NCBI RefSeq assembly: GCF_001194135.2
Contig: NC_068990.1
Location: 13,942,729 to 14,006,728, forward strand
Length of the DNA: 64,000 nucleotides
DNA from: Octopus bimaculoides
Lineage: Eukaryota
Reading direction: 5' to 3'
Below, piece after piece: positions 13,420-27,068 of the stretch. The notes below the pieces were generated by a model. It did no database searches. It had not been told where the DNA came from and was given only the letters and a program-made list of their open reading frames with translations. Position numbers and translations under genes: made by a program. Every line of letters begins with the position of its first letter. The stretch's first letter is position 1.

Positions 13420-13625
13420 ATTTGGTTTCAAGTTTTGGCACAAGACCAGCAGTTTCGCGGGGAGGCGTAAGTCTATTACATGGATCCCAGTGTTCAGCTG
13501 GTACTTATTTTATCGACTGCGAAAGGATGAAAGGCAAAGTTGGTCTCGGTGGCATTTGAAAACAGAACGTAAAGACAGGGCGAAATGCCGCTAAGCCTTT
13601 CTGCATGGCGTGCCAGCTCGCTGTA
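13420..13625 (-). mobile_element. SINE family A monomer
   Basis: Reverse complement of head and core. An older plus-strand copy lies at about 13015-13225. Confidence 0.75.
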
Positions 13626-14617
13626 TTACTGGAGCCATGGGATATTTCACTTGAATCTTTGTAAATCGGTACCTGCGAGAAAGACATGAGCAGAGAAATA
13701 ATTTCAGAAGGACGATGTTCTGGGAAGGAAGGGCTGGGTGTGGGGTGTACAATAAGGGTGATGACAGAAGGAAAGATGAGCAGAGCAGGAATGCTTGAAG
13801 GGAAGTGACATAGTCCCAATCATATCTGAGCAGCAGAGCCCATTATAAGACCGATAGAACCGGCAGAATGTGAAGGGAACACACACATATAAATAATTAC
13901 ACAAGTGCAATTATTTATCGTCTGCTCGCTTTAAAAAATTGATATTTGTTTATAAGGGTTAATTTAGCCTAAACTCTAGTTTTACAAGAAACACGGACGC
14001 AAGCTGCCCGAGAAAGGATGTACAGATGTAGAGCACGGATCAGAGAGGAACAGCGAGAAGATATAATAAAACGAGGAAAAAGACAACATCGGCGGAGACA
14101 TGAGGAAATGAATGTAGACGAACGTCAGGAATATTTAAAGTAGATATGCTACAAAATTAAAAATCATCCTTTCTTTCTTAAATAGGGTCTCTTAATTTTT
14201 TCCATTCTGTTGAATTTACTCGGGACCTTCTATTACATCTATTATTCTTGTTTAAGAATAATAATTTCGTACTCCACAATAGTATAGAGTAACCTTTCAG
14301 GTTAATGTAAAATTGTCTTTATTATAACTGAACATANNNNNNNNNNNNNNNNNNNNNNNNNNNNNNNNNNNNNNNNNNNNNNNNNNNNNNNNNNNNNNNN
14401 NNNNNNNNNNNNNNNNNNNNNNNNNNNNNNNNNNNNNNNNNNNNNNNNNNNNNNNNNNNNNNNNNNNNNNNNNNNNNNNNNNNNNNNNNNNNNNNNNNNN
14501 NNNNNNNNNNNNNNNNNNNNNNNNNNNNNNNNNNNNNNNNNNNNNNNNNNNNNNNNNNNNNNNNNNNNNNNNNNNNNNNNNNNNNNNNNNNNNNNNNNNN
14601 NNNNNNNNNNNNNNNNN

Positions 14618-14683
<66 letters not shown>

Positions 14684-14711
14684 CATGCATACATACATAC
14701 ATACATACATA

Positions 14712-14911
14712 CACCAGGGCACTGTTGTTTCCCTTGCCACCCACGCTTCAAACAAATCAACTTCTGCCTCTTCCAATCATTTCAGCATGCCTTCACCGTT
14801 TAACTCGGACATTTTCTCCATCTTTTATCTCCCCACATCTACACTCTCTGATGAAGAGCGTAGACGCGAATTATAAGACCGATAGAACAGGCAGAAAGTG
14901 AAGGGAACACA
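14712..14911 (+). mobile_element. Possible Penelope-like terminal remnant
   Basis: Pyrimidine-rich stretch ending CTGATGAAGAGCGTAGACGCGAA, with the same architecture as the 35 kb motif but degraded. Confidence 0.35.
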
Positions 14912-16670
14912 GGCGTGGGTCAGAGATTGGAATGTGTCTGTGAGTGACTTTATGCTAATCATTTGAGAGGCCCTTTTCTTAATGTGATCTAGGATGTCTA
15001 TTTGTAAGCTGAAGCTGGAGTTTGAGTGTGACTGTGAGTTTGACTTTATGCAGATGTGTATGCTGTAGAAGTTGCAATGATTCAAATGTACTTCACACGC
15101 ATTTACATTTATGCAGTTGCAAAATAGAAAGAGAGAGATGGGAAGTGAGGAATACATTTCAAGTAAAAAGGGAACGTGAAAACGCTATGTCCATGTCTTT
15201 CCTAGTGGCAATGATACATGTGTGTGTGTGTCTGTGAACCTATTCCTATCAGAAATCGAAACTGAGTCAAATATTCAATCTTTAACAACTTAATCCCGTA
15301 TCCTGCTGCTGTCTGCCACGCAACTAGTTTCATATACTCTGTTCTGTACAAGGGTGTTATACTTAAACCTAATTAAAACTCATCTTACTGTCACAACAAC
15401 TTCCAAAAATATTTTATCTGATATTGTCATCGAGTGAATGAAGTACAAGTCTATTCAACAAACGTTAATTCACGTTCTACTATGAATGTTTATTTAATAA
15501 ATCAAAAGTATACACATTCATCCCCAATTCACGCTTATATATTATATGTATATAATTTTACATAAAACACTGTATGGAAGCTCAGGTATTCAATATTTCA
15601 ATGTATATTTACGCATTTGAAAGATACATAAACTTAATAAAAGCAAGGCTATGTTTCAAACATTTCAATATAACTTTGATAGTATGAATCTGTGTATTTC
15701 TTTCAATTTTACGCTCTGGTTGGTATAAAGAGATTTTTTCATGCTTAACGAATACGAATATTCGAATTGGCTAAGCAGCATTCTCCCTGTAGCTATACGT
15801 TGTAATTTATCGGCAGACCGGCGAAGTTAAGCGAAACCTGACGGCAGTTAACGAACCAGAAACCAGATGTTTCAATACTCATGCCGTTCAATACTCATGC
15901 CGTTTTACTGAAACCTCCGCATATAACTTCAAGATTTGTTCTATAGCAGGACTAGATATTTAAAATATAAAAATATAATTTAATATCGTGTGAGTGTGTA
16001 CATGGGCATCAAAGTCAAAGTTCGAATAAATGAAGATGAACATCAACACCTGATAGAAAGTATATAGAATAAAGATCCTACTCAAATAATATAGACTCAT
16101 AAGGTCGGTTTCTTGGTTTCTGATGCGTATATATTCTCCCTGGAGGGGACACCGGTCCGTTGCAGAAATATTCCTTTTACTTTTTCTGCCAGCTGAATGG
16201 ATAAGAGAAGCGTTTTGCGAAAGAACACAGTCCAGAAATCGAAATCACAATCTTATGATCAGGAGTCCAACACCCCTAACCACTACGCCACGCACCTTCA
16301 TACAAAGAATAGAAGTAAAACAAAGTTTATAGACTATGAACATGAACTCTAAATATGTCGCACTCAAAAGCAAGTAATAAGCAATTCAAATCCAGTCGCC
16401 GGGTTTCTGTTTTACATTATTTTCATTGCAAATCAATGTGATATCATATAATAATCATGACGATGGGTCGATATAATTATATACATGAGCGAGACGTCCA
16501 TTTCTACTACCATGTCTGACTATAGAAATGTTTGACTAAGTCAAATTATTGAAATATCGAATAGTAATAATTTTTTATGCTTTTAGTTTTTATTTGCTTC
16601 ATTCACTAGAGTTTGACCATGCAGTGGCATCATCTTGAAGGATATATATATAAGGATATATATATATAAG

Positions 16671-16947
16671 CCTGTACAGCTTATCCCGAACGGGTAATGC
16701 TTCTCGATAGCACTGCCAGGCCAGAGATCTTTGGTGGTTGTCCATAGGTCCCGGTCCGAAAGTTGTCCTGAAAAGGCGGGTCAGGTGTTCCTCGTCGACG
16801 CCCAGATTCTGCCCGAGATCGTCGTCGCCCCTCTCCTCCACTAATCCTCTATAGAACGCTTTTGTGGAATTAAAGTTGCGCAAGATTGGTCCTGGACGGC
16901 AGAGTTGCTTGAGAGCAACGCGACACTCGCGGTGCCATTCGCCTAGA
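16671..16947 (-). mobile_element. L1/Tx1-type LINE ORF2 fragment (region C-terminal to the RT)
   Basis: Reads LGEWHRECRVALKQL...TTFGPGPMDNHQRSLAWQCYREALPVRDKLYR, a zf-RVT-like W...R.ALPVR.KL motif. GC-rich island between (TA)n and (CA)n. Confidence 0.7.
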
Positions 16948-16983
16948 CTAGGTCTCTAGACAGACAGATAGACACACACACAC

Positions 16984-17025
<42 letters not shown>

Positions 17026-17039
17026 GTATGTATATATTT

Positions 17040-17238
17040 TTTTAGGCAGTTAAATGATATGGCCGGTCATAGAGTGACCATTGGTTTCGCACCTATCAAG
17101 CGCTTAGAATTATAGGCAACTCGTCAGACTCAAACGAGACTCAAATGAGTCTGATGAGTTGCCTATACTTCTAAGCGCTTGATAGATGCGACACCAATGG
17201 TCACTCTATGACTGGCCATATCATTTAACTTCCTAAAA
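17040..17238. repeat. Long inverted repeat (93-bp arms, 13-nt loop), MITE-like fold-back
   Basis: Arms 17040-17132 and 17146-17238 differ at 6 positions by hand alignment. Confidence 0.9.
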
Positions 17239-17782
17239 TATATCCTACTACATATTTTTCCGGATATATGAACTGCTGACGATACATATACTCATCATAA
17301 GGATACCGAACTTGTAGGCGTTGTTTCTACTCGTTGGTATAATGTCTGATATAATTTATACGAGTGTTAAATATCTTCATCTTTCTTGTTAACTACGAGG
17401 CTCTTATACATATATACATAGCGAAGCCTGGCTCATTTTTCTGTTAATTAGAAAGAGAATTAACAGCGTGTTCGTTGTATTTACATTTACACACTTAGAT
17501 GTTAATTTAGAATTTATTCATCATTTTGGAGTAAAATTTATATGAAAAATATCGCTTTAAGTCCTTATATATGAATGAAGTACTGTTGTATTACATTTAT
17601 CGAATTACTTGTTGCTATACCAAACATTAATAGAATTACAACAGCAGCGAAATATGCTAGGAGTTATATAATGAATGTATGTACGCACGTACGTACGTAC
17701 ATATGTATGTATATGTATGTATGTAGTTGTGTATGTATGAATGAATGAATTAATGAACGAACGTATGTATGCATGAATGCAG

Positions 17783-17814
<32 letters not shown>

Positions 17815-17926
17815 CTTTGTGTATGCATACATAAGTATATGTGTACATACTTACACGCACACATACATACACACACACAAGCATATTTATATATTGTATG
17901 TAGATGTAGATATAGTACATATATCT

Positions 17927-17981
<55 letters not shown>

Positions 17982-18349
17982 TTCTATGCAGAGTTTCTCG
18001 CTTTTGTACATTCGTTCAGGAAACAATATTTCTTCACCATATTGATTTATGTCCAAGAAATTTATTCCGTTAGATCTGTTCCATATACTGCAATCAAGTG
18101 GAATGTTAGTCGCATGCGAAACCCACCACATGTTTCTATTTAATTTTTGGCTGTTTGATGTTTCAAAAGTTTTCTCCCTTGCCTAGTCTGAAAATATTTT
18201 TTATTAACGTTAATGACTTCTTTTATTTAGAGATATAATTTCAATTAATTAAAATTGTTTCCGATTCTTTAATTCAACTATCGTAACCTAACTGTAACAA
18301 TATGTTTTTAATGCAGAAATACTTCAATGTCATCATTTTAATTTATCCT

Positions 18350-19025
18350 TAGGCAGCGAGCTGGCTGAATCGTTAGCAACGCGGGTAAAATGCTTCGCGG
18401 CATTTCGTCCGTATTCACGTTTTGAGTTCAAATTCCGGCGAGGGCGATTTTTCCCTTTCTTCTTTTCGGGGTCGATTAAATAAGTACCAGTTACTCACTG
18501 GGATCGATATAATCGACTTAATCTGTTTGTTTGTGTATAGCCCCTTATGGGCAGTAAAGAAATAAGAATCGTTAGCACGCCGGGCGAAATGCTTAGCGGT
18601 ATTACCTCTGTCTTTACATTCTGAGTTCAAATCCCACCGAGATTGACTTTGCTTTTCGTCCTCTCCGGGTCGATAAATTAAGTATCAGTTACGTACTGAG
18701 GTCGATCTAATCGACTGGCCCCTTCGCCAAAAATTTCGGGCCTTGTGCCATGAGTAGAAAAGAATAATAATTATCAACTAGGTGGACCCGTGAAAAATTC
18801 ACGGAAAGCATAAAAAATATAAGCATCTGTAAACAGTGTACTGGTGCCGTGAGAAATGTTTGTATATTATGACTGTCTGTCTTTACGTTCTGAGTTCAAA
18901 TTCTGCTGAGGTCGACTTTGCCTTTCGTCCTTTCGGGGTTGATAAATTAAGTACCAGTTGCATACTGAGGTCGATCTAATCAATTGGCCCCCTCCCCACA
19001 AAAATTTCAGGCCTAGAAAAGTATA
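18350..19025 (+). mobile_element. SINE family A dimer (18350-18770) plus a 5'-truncated monomer (18872-19025)
   Basis: Monomer, then linker ...GCCCCTTATGGGCAGTAAAGAAATAAG, then monomer, then tail AGTAGAAAAGAAT. Confidence 0.85.
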
Positions 19026-19599
19026 ATGTGACAGTTACAGACTATAGAAAGTAATGTAACACCAATGACTATATAATCCAACCAAAATATCTCAGTTACA
19101 CAAACGTAAACGGAATTACTGCTTAACCTTAGAATATATCGTACATATTCAAAGAACCGTCTTGGTTTAGTAGCACAGAACGTTTTCCTGGTACTCTTTT
19201 ATTCTTTTACTTGTTTCAGTCATTTGACGGTAGCCATGCTGGAGCACCACGCTTTAGTCGAAGAAATTAACCCCGGACTTATTCCCTGTAAGCCTGGTGC
19301 TTATTCTATCAGTCTCTTCTGCTGAACAGCTAAATTACAGGAACGCAAACGCACCAGCATCGGTTGTCAGGTAATGGTGGTGGGACAAACACACACATAC
19401 ACACATATACACACACATACATACATACATACATATATGACGGACTTAAAGGTAGTGGTGATGCAGGCTTGGAGGTAGTGGTGATGCGATTTTGTAGCTT
19501 GCTGGTATGCCGAGAGAGATCCAGCGGGCCCCTAACTGGTTCCCCGATCTTAAAGGTGTAACGTGGGTATGTAATGATGGAGCGGCTGGTATAGTGGTG

Positions 19600-19990
19600 A
19601 TGCGTGGATATATAACTATATCACGATGAACTGGAGGTGCACCATCTTCACCTACAAATGCAGCTGCAATTTCATTATTAGCAGGGTTATTGTATCTCCT
19701 GGCATCTGGGCCTGATATGAAATGCACAGTTACTTTCTTCGGATTAACATTTTCTCTGGCTGCTCTTTTTTCTTGTTGTTGTTCAACAGTGCGCATATTT
19801 AAATATGCTGCAGTATATGGGTTATTCAGCATCACTGAAGAAATCTTTTCCATTATTAACTGCAAGTAATTAATATTTTAAGGCACTTCAGCTCTTTGTT
19901 GTAAAGCTTCTTTAGAATCAACAATATAGAGTTGAGCATATCTTCTAGGTTCGCTGTTTTCAGGATGTAAGTTGCTTGCGTGATGATAGA
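19600..19990 (-). mobile_element. Helitron Rep/helicase gene fragment
   Basis: Reads MLNNPYTAAYLNM...DARRYNNPANNEIAAAFVGEDGAPPVHRDIVIYPR. The D.RRYN.P..NEIA motif is typical of Helitron transposases upstream of Rep. Confidence 0.8.
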
Positions 19991-21439
19991 CTTGTCTTTG
20001 TAAGCGGAAACAGAACCAAACAAGCACTCGGGGCGACTATTCCCTTCCTCCAAAATTCCAAGCCCTCTGCCTACAGCAGAAAGGTTTGTTATATCTGTTT
20101 GTTTTGATAAAATTGAAAAGAAAATGACTTAGTGTGCAAAACATTTTGGACCTGGGTTTGCACCTCTTAAGCAAATTTATTTCCCGCATTTATGTACGCA
20201 TATTAAGTTCTAACGACTAGTTATAAGTATCGCTGTGTCTAAATGAAACCATAAAAACGTTATCATTACAATGATTATTTTTATTGTAAACGAAACCATG
20301 TAATCGCTATTAGAGCACGAAAACATTCACTAAAAACATCATAAAAACTTGATGTTTCTCTGTGTGATCCTTCTTTTGCACAGAAATATTAACACTTTTT
20401 ATATGAATTAGGCTACATTGATAAATCGAAATGTTGTTAAAATTATCGATGTTATAAAACAACAGTGTTATGTTATGTACATAAACATAACATAACATCG
20501 ATATTTTATGTGGTCACAATTCCACACGTTTAGAAGAGAGCTAGTATAGTTAATGTATTACTGGATATCAACGAACATTGAACTTAAGAACGTAGGAGTA
20601 CAAAAATATTTTTTATAAAATCTCTTACTCGGCTGCTCCACAAGTTCTGCAAATTCATCGGTTCCGACATGACATGTTACGACTTGAATCATTTTAAGTT
20701 ATAATTCAGACTGAAAACTATCGGCTAAATTGACTGTAACCAGATGTGGCACAAATAATCTTCAGTTCGGATCCATGTACTGGAACTGAGCTGTTGGTAA
20801 TGACCCGGCCATCGAGTCTTGTTTGAAAAATATATCTAAGTACCATTTTTAGATACAGCTGATTACTGTTAGCAGTGTTGCTACTGTTTAATGAAGAAGT
20901 TTTTAACTTGCATAATTTGATCTAAGTGTTTATAGTGAGGCTATCTTTGGGTGATTTTTCTATTAAACACACCATTACTTCCAACGGTATTAGAATACGA
21001 TACAATGACTCTTTTAAGTGAACATGAAACAATTGTATCAAATCGTTAAATCTCATGGTGTTAGAAATGCCACTATCATTAATTTTTCATTGTCTAGGAA
21101 GTGTTAAATATATGTTATATTAATAAGAAAAATAACGATACAATATAATGAATGGCCGGCGACATTCGCTGTGGTAGCCACTCCACCTCGTGGGGCTCAT
21201 TTCTCCGACGGGCGCCGCTATCTCTATTTTATGGGCGGTTCATCGACCTTCCACTCCGTCTTCCGCAGCATTGTATACCCCCTCTCTTTTTCTCCTTTTT
21301 TTTCTTTTCTTTTTTCTTCTTTTTTGAAGTGTATGTAATAAACGTTTCTACTTCAGCAAGATTTTTAAAAAAACGCAACATTTTTACACACACACACACA
21401 CACTTACACGTACACGCGCGCGTGAATTACTCCAAGTGA

Positions 21440-22200
21440 GGTTGTTCTCAAGGGCTCTGTTCATGGAATGCACACAGATTCAGTGCATGGTGTCTAGGCC
21501 AGTAGTGGATGATGCACAGTTCGGAAGAGCTATGGTAGAGCGGAAGTATCACTTCACCTACATAACCGTGACAGCGATTAAGTTATTGATGTACAGAAAG
21601 AAGAGAGTGGGCGACAAAACCGAACCCTGGAGCACACCAGGTTTGATTGCGAGAAAAACAGAAAGATCGCAATTTACACATGCCATGACTTTGTGACGGA
21701 TACAATAGATGAGAAATGATTGAAGCCTGCGAGTGGAAATCTCTGACAAGAGATTCGCATGCTCGATATGGTCGAAGGATTTGCTGATGTCCAGGGCAAC
21801 AACATTGCTTTCACAGAATGTCTCTAAAATAAAACCCACTGGTGAAGGATTTAAGAAAGTAGGTCTTAAATGGATCTGGTTCTACGGAAGTCATTGAAGA
21901 GATTTAAGGTGTTGGAGAACATCAATGTTAATGACTGAGGCCATTACCTTAGAGATATTAGAAGTGAGAGAAATAGGAGAATATTGGATGAGGCAGAAGA
22001 GTTGCCTTTCTTCGGAATGGTACACCCTGCGGTGCATTTCCAAATGCAAGATACGAATAGAGTACTCTGTATTTAGCAGAGGCTTGTATCCAATTGAGTG
22101 AGGCAGCTATATCTCTCTGGCCAGTTATTGAAGCAGGATTATTTATACTCTTATGCTCCACTTCTGAAGACATCGTCCTATGTCAATGTCAGCACAACAC
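21440..22200 (-). mobile_element. Decayed non-LTR reverse transcriptase (CR1/Jockey-type LINE)
   Basis: Reads VVALDISKSFDHIEH...PGVLQGSVLSPTLFFLYINNL, i.e. the RT motifs LD..KAFD and GVPQGSVLSP. Frameshifts and stops on both sides. Confidence 0.8.
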
Positions 22201-22861
22201 ACTGGACTAACAAAGCCAGCATTAATTTTCAGACGCATCTCAACGAAAAAGAGAGGGATAACGAAACAAAATAACTATCCATCATTATTTCTACCATCGA
22301 AATTGGTCAATGTTTATGACCACTTAATATTCACTCACGTTTAGACTATCTCCATATTTGGCTTATGTTCAGAACTTGCTGTTTCCTCACAATTCATTTT
22401 GAAAATGTGCGAAAATTACAAATTGCCCGTGTTAAAAATAACACACAGTTGATGAAATTTCTATTTCCTTGTACTTTGAGAAAATTAACACTGTTGCCGT
22501 AAAAAATGGAACATTATCACTGCTAATCTATGAAAAGAGTTCTTGTAAAGAAGAACTACATGATCCTACTTAGAATTGTCATATTCGTTTCATTCAAGGC
22601 AATAATAGAATGAAATGAGCTGTTAAAAAAGTAATTTCTTTTTCTTTTCCTTAAAAAGGTGTTACTTCTCTGTCAGTTAAAAGCCAGTATTTGATTTATT
22701 CTTGGGTTATCCATTAAGACTTCTTACAAAATAACAGCCGAGAACACATGAAAACGAAGAAATAACTTCACATTATTACCTAAGTATGTTCATCTGCCAT
22801 TTTTATGTCTCTCCTTCCTCTTTCTTTCTTCCTCTCTCTCTCTCTCTCTTTCTCTGTACAC

Positions 22862-22906
<45 letters not shown>

Positions 22907-23314
22907 NNNNNNNNNNNNNNNNNNNNNNNNNNNNNNNNNNNNNNNNNNNNNNNNNNNNNNNNNNNNNNNNNNNNNNNNNNNNNNNNNNNNNNNNNNNNNN
23001 NNNNNNNNNNNNNNNNNNNNNNNNNNNNNNNNNNNNNNNNNNNNNNNNNNNNNNNNNNNNNNNNNNNNNNNNNNNNNNNNNNNNNNNNNNNNNNNNNNNN
23101 NNNNNNNNNNNNNNNNNNNNNNNNNNNNNNNNNNNNNNNNNNNNNNNNNNNNNNNNNNNNNNNNNNNNNNNNNNNNNNNATCTATGAACTAAAAATTATA
23201 TTATTAGATTTTTTTTTTTTAATAATAAATTAAGCTGATTAGAACTACCAGTGAAGTCATATTTTTTCTTTTTTCAAAAGTGCCGAAATGTAGCACGGAT
23301 CTCACACATTTTCC

Positions 23315-23398
<84 letters not shown>

Positions 23399-25633
23399 GT
23401 AAGAGAGAGAGAGAAATATAATTAAAACATACATAAAATACATACATACATATATACATACATACATACATACATACATACATACATACGTGCATGAATT
23501 CAGGCGGGTGCCAACATGTGGGCAAGTACGACCATCACTGACAAATTATCTCATACTAGATGTTAAATACAACAGCTGTCACTGTCAGCTATGCTCGTGT
23601 TGAAATTTAAAGTGAATATCAGCTTGCACAACACCGTTAACACACTCACCTATAAAATCAAGTAATCCAGAAACAAAGAAAAGCAAGATCTCCCGCTTCG
23701 CAGTGAGGCCAATGTTCCTTCGCATAGTGAGGACACTGAGATGCCTAAACAAAAACTAGTGGGTCTCTTACTCCCAGATGCTGGATGGGTGTTGTCTCTA
23801 CTGAGTTCAGCCATCCCTTGACAGGTTTTGTTTTTCATCCTACAGAGTGACCAACGGAAACTACTCTCCTTGCCAAGCAGGTTTAGCAGGGTTGCCGGTT
23901 TAGTTGCCGACGGCCCTATCATGCGACGGATTGAACTGGGTTACATGTTACCAGTAACCCTAAGAGTGATCTAATATGATGTATGCACACATACACATAT
24001 ACATACATATGCCTGACAACTGTCAATCAGGATAAGCTTGGAGTTTTAGAAAAAGAAATCAACCGACTCGCACATTACAAATACAATTTGTAAGCGGAAC
24101 AATAGAAGTATGCAAGACTTTTCTCGGGTTTAAAATGTGGCATAGTTATTGTTATTTACATTTCGAAGATGGGGCTTTGTGTCTTTGTTAGAAACCAGCT
24201 TCTTCTTTCTTCTTCACAGGAAGAATTTAAATGATTCAAAACAGAAGAGAAACCTACATAAATACATACATACATACATACACACACACTTACATACATG
24301 CATACATATATACATGCATACATACATACATACATACATACATACATACATACATACATACATACATACGTACGTACGTACGTACATACATACATACATG
24401 CTTTTATTTAACTTACTTTTTTCCTCCCTCTGTCATTTGCCTCTAATTCTTTTGTCTCCCTTTTTCCTACTATCACCCATTAGCGGGACAGAAAATAAAT
24501 ATATTTACATATACCTACACAACAACATAAGTTTTATTTTAGTAAGAACAATCATACATACCTGCACACGTGTACACAGTAAGTAATTTTAAAATCTACA
24601 GCTTATTCAAGTGTATTGCAGTTATCTTTTCGTACATATAAATGCGAAGTTGTTGAACAACGTTTTAAGATTTGTTAAAACTTTATGAACGTAGCTGTAC
24701 CAACACAGAATAATATTGTAGGCAATGTGTTCGAATTCCCTCCATGTTTGAAATAGTTAAAAGTGTTTGCCGTATATCCGAAAGCGTTTATCTGTGTATC
24801 ACATATTTAAAAAAAAATCTAAGAACATAATCATAATGGAGAAATAAAGAGACGTGAATATTATTTTCTCATAGACAAATGTATGCAACTAACTCTTACG
24901 CAGTTTCATTTTCTGACGTAAAGATAAAAATAATTGATAACAACTTTCAAAGGCAGACGAGTTGACATTTAAATAACAAAGAATATAATTTTCACAGATG
25001 TTATCACAAAAGACGCGTCTTGTGTACTAGCATTGTAGAATTCGCACCATCTCAAGAATAAAACGCTTCAGAACAATAAAACGCTTTTAAAGAGAAACAA
25101 ATTTCTCTCTCCATTTACAAAATTCTTATATTTTCAAAGTAGTCGTGAAATTTCCGCAGGTAATGCTAGTTATAATACTTTTATTTTGTGCTCTATATCA
25201 TATTGTATTTAAAATATTTTATTAATGATAAAAGCTATAAAAATAGCCTTTCTGTTATCTACCATCTAATGCACTGTCGACATTAACACATCCACCCACT
25301 GTTAGGCTTTTTGCTTTGTTTTGGGACTTTTTCTTTTGTTAAATCGAGGTTTCCCTGAATGTATGCATGTGTGTGAGTACGTATGAATGTATGTATGTAT
25401 GCATGTATGTATATGCATGTTTACGTGCATGCATACAAAGAGGGGCAGAGAGAAAGCGAATGAGACATATATATATATATATATATATATATANNNNNNN
25501 NNNNNNNNNNAGAGAGAGAGAGAGAGAGAGTTGTACGCAAATATATTTCGGTCATAATCATAGAATTACGTAAAATAGTAGAAATTTGTTACATGTCTAC
25601 AAACGAATATTTTTCACTCGTGTTCGTTATTAG

Positions 25634-25671
<38 letters not shown>

Positions 25672-25978
25672 TCGTGCGCGTATGCGGCTCTCTCAGATAC
25701 ATGCACCTTTAACGTGCTTCTCAGATAAAATCAGCATCACACAGTATATCAAGGCTGGACTTTGAATTACAGATACAATCCATCTAACAAGCTTCTGTAC
25801 AGTTTCAATTATTTTCAATCACAAGTTTTGGATAAAGCTAGGACATTTGTAATAGACGCTTGTACAAGATGTCAAGTATGAATGACCCCCGTGACCTCGC
25901 GATTGCAATGCATACTTCATAATCTTTCGACCTTACTTCGTCTGATGTCAGAGAATGTAACAGAATTATTTAACTGAG

Positions 25979-26265
25979 ACTAGACATGGGTCGGAATTTT
26001 TTTTTTTTTTTTAGTCAACAGCAATTCGAGGAGCGGCTGGATACTCTTTAATTTACGGGCCTTAACGCTGCCAAAATGCTTTTAAAATGTGGTTTATCTG
26101 CCCCTGGGCCCGCATTAGGCAAGTCGTCGAAAATTCTGTTGGCTCATGACACTCTATGGACCCCAAGTAATGCATGTGTAAAATTTTAATAAAATCGGTT
26201 AGGTACTTCTCGAGTTTAGGGATTTACACAGACAGACCCACATTTCCAGTTTTATATATATAGAT
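25979..26265 (+). mobile_element. Probable non-autonomous Helitron/Helentron-like element
   Basis: Begins ACTAG and ends with the AAATTT..AAAATCGGT...ACAGACAGAC...TTTTATATATATAGAT motif series seen in DINE/Lep1-like elements (recalled similarity only). Confidence 0.4.
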
Positions 26266-26684
26266 GTATATATATCTTTTATTTTTCATTCTTTACTTGT
26301 TTCGATCATTAGACTGCAGTTGTGCTGTTGGCACCGCCTAGAAGAATTTTTAGTCGAATGTATCAACACCAGTACTTATTTTTTTTTAAGTCTGGTACTT
26401 ATTTTATCGGCGTCTTTTGCTGAACCGCTAGGCTATGGGGACGTAAGCACACCAAACAGTGGGATGAGGAGTAAACACAGACACAAAGACACAAAGAGAC
26501 ACACAACTGGCTTCTTTCAGATGATGTTTCCATGATACTTGCATTTTAAAGCTAGTTATTAATTTGTTTCTATGTTCGTCTATCTCTTACTTTTAAGTTA
26601 GCAATCACGAATATACGTTGAGTGCCGCATTCTTCTCTTAGTAAAGATTTGGTATTTTTTGAAGCAACTCTTTGAGAACTCTTA

Positions 26685-27068
26685 GGCGCAGGCGTATCTG
26701 TTTGTAAGAAGCTTGCTTTCCAGCTATGTGCTTCTGGGTTCAGTTCCACTGCATGGCACTTACTATAGCCACAGGTTATCCGAAGCCTTGTGAGTGGATT
26801 TGGTATCGGAAACTGAAAGAAGCCTTCGTATATGTTTGTGTATGTGTGTGTGCCTTTATGTCGGTTTATCTCCAGCCACCGCTTGATAACAAACGTTAGT
26901 GTGTTTACATCCCCGTAACTTAGCAGTTCGCCTAAGGCGTTCGATAGAACAAGTACTAGGTTTAAAATGAATGAGTCCTGGGGTCGATTTGTTCGATTGA
27001 AAACTCTATAAGGTAGTACCCCCGCATGGCCGAAGTCAGATGACGAAACAAGTAAAAGATTAAAATAC
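26685..27068 (+). mobile_element. SINE family B
   Basis: Same architecture. A minus-strand tail fragment lies at about 26278-26525. Confidence 0.8.
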
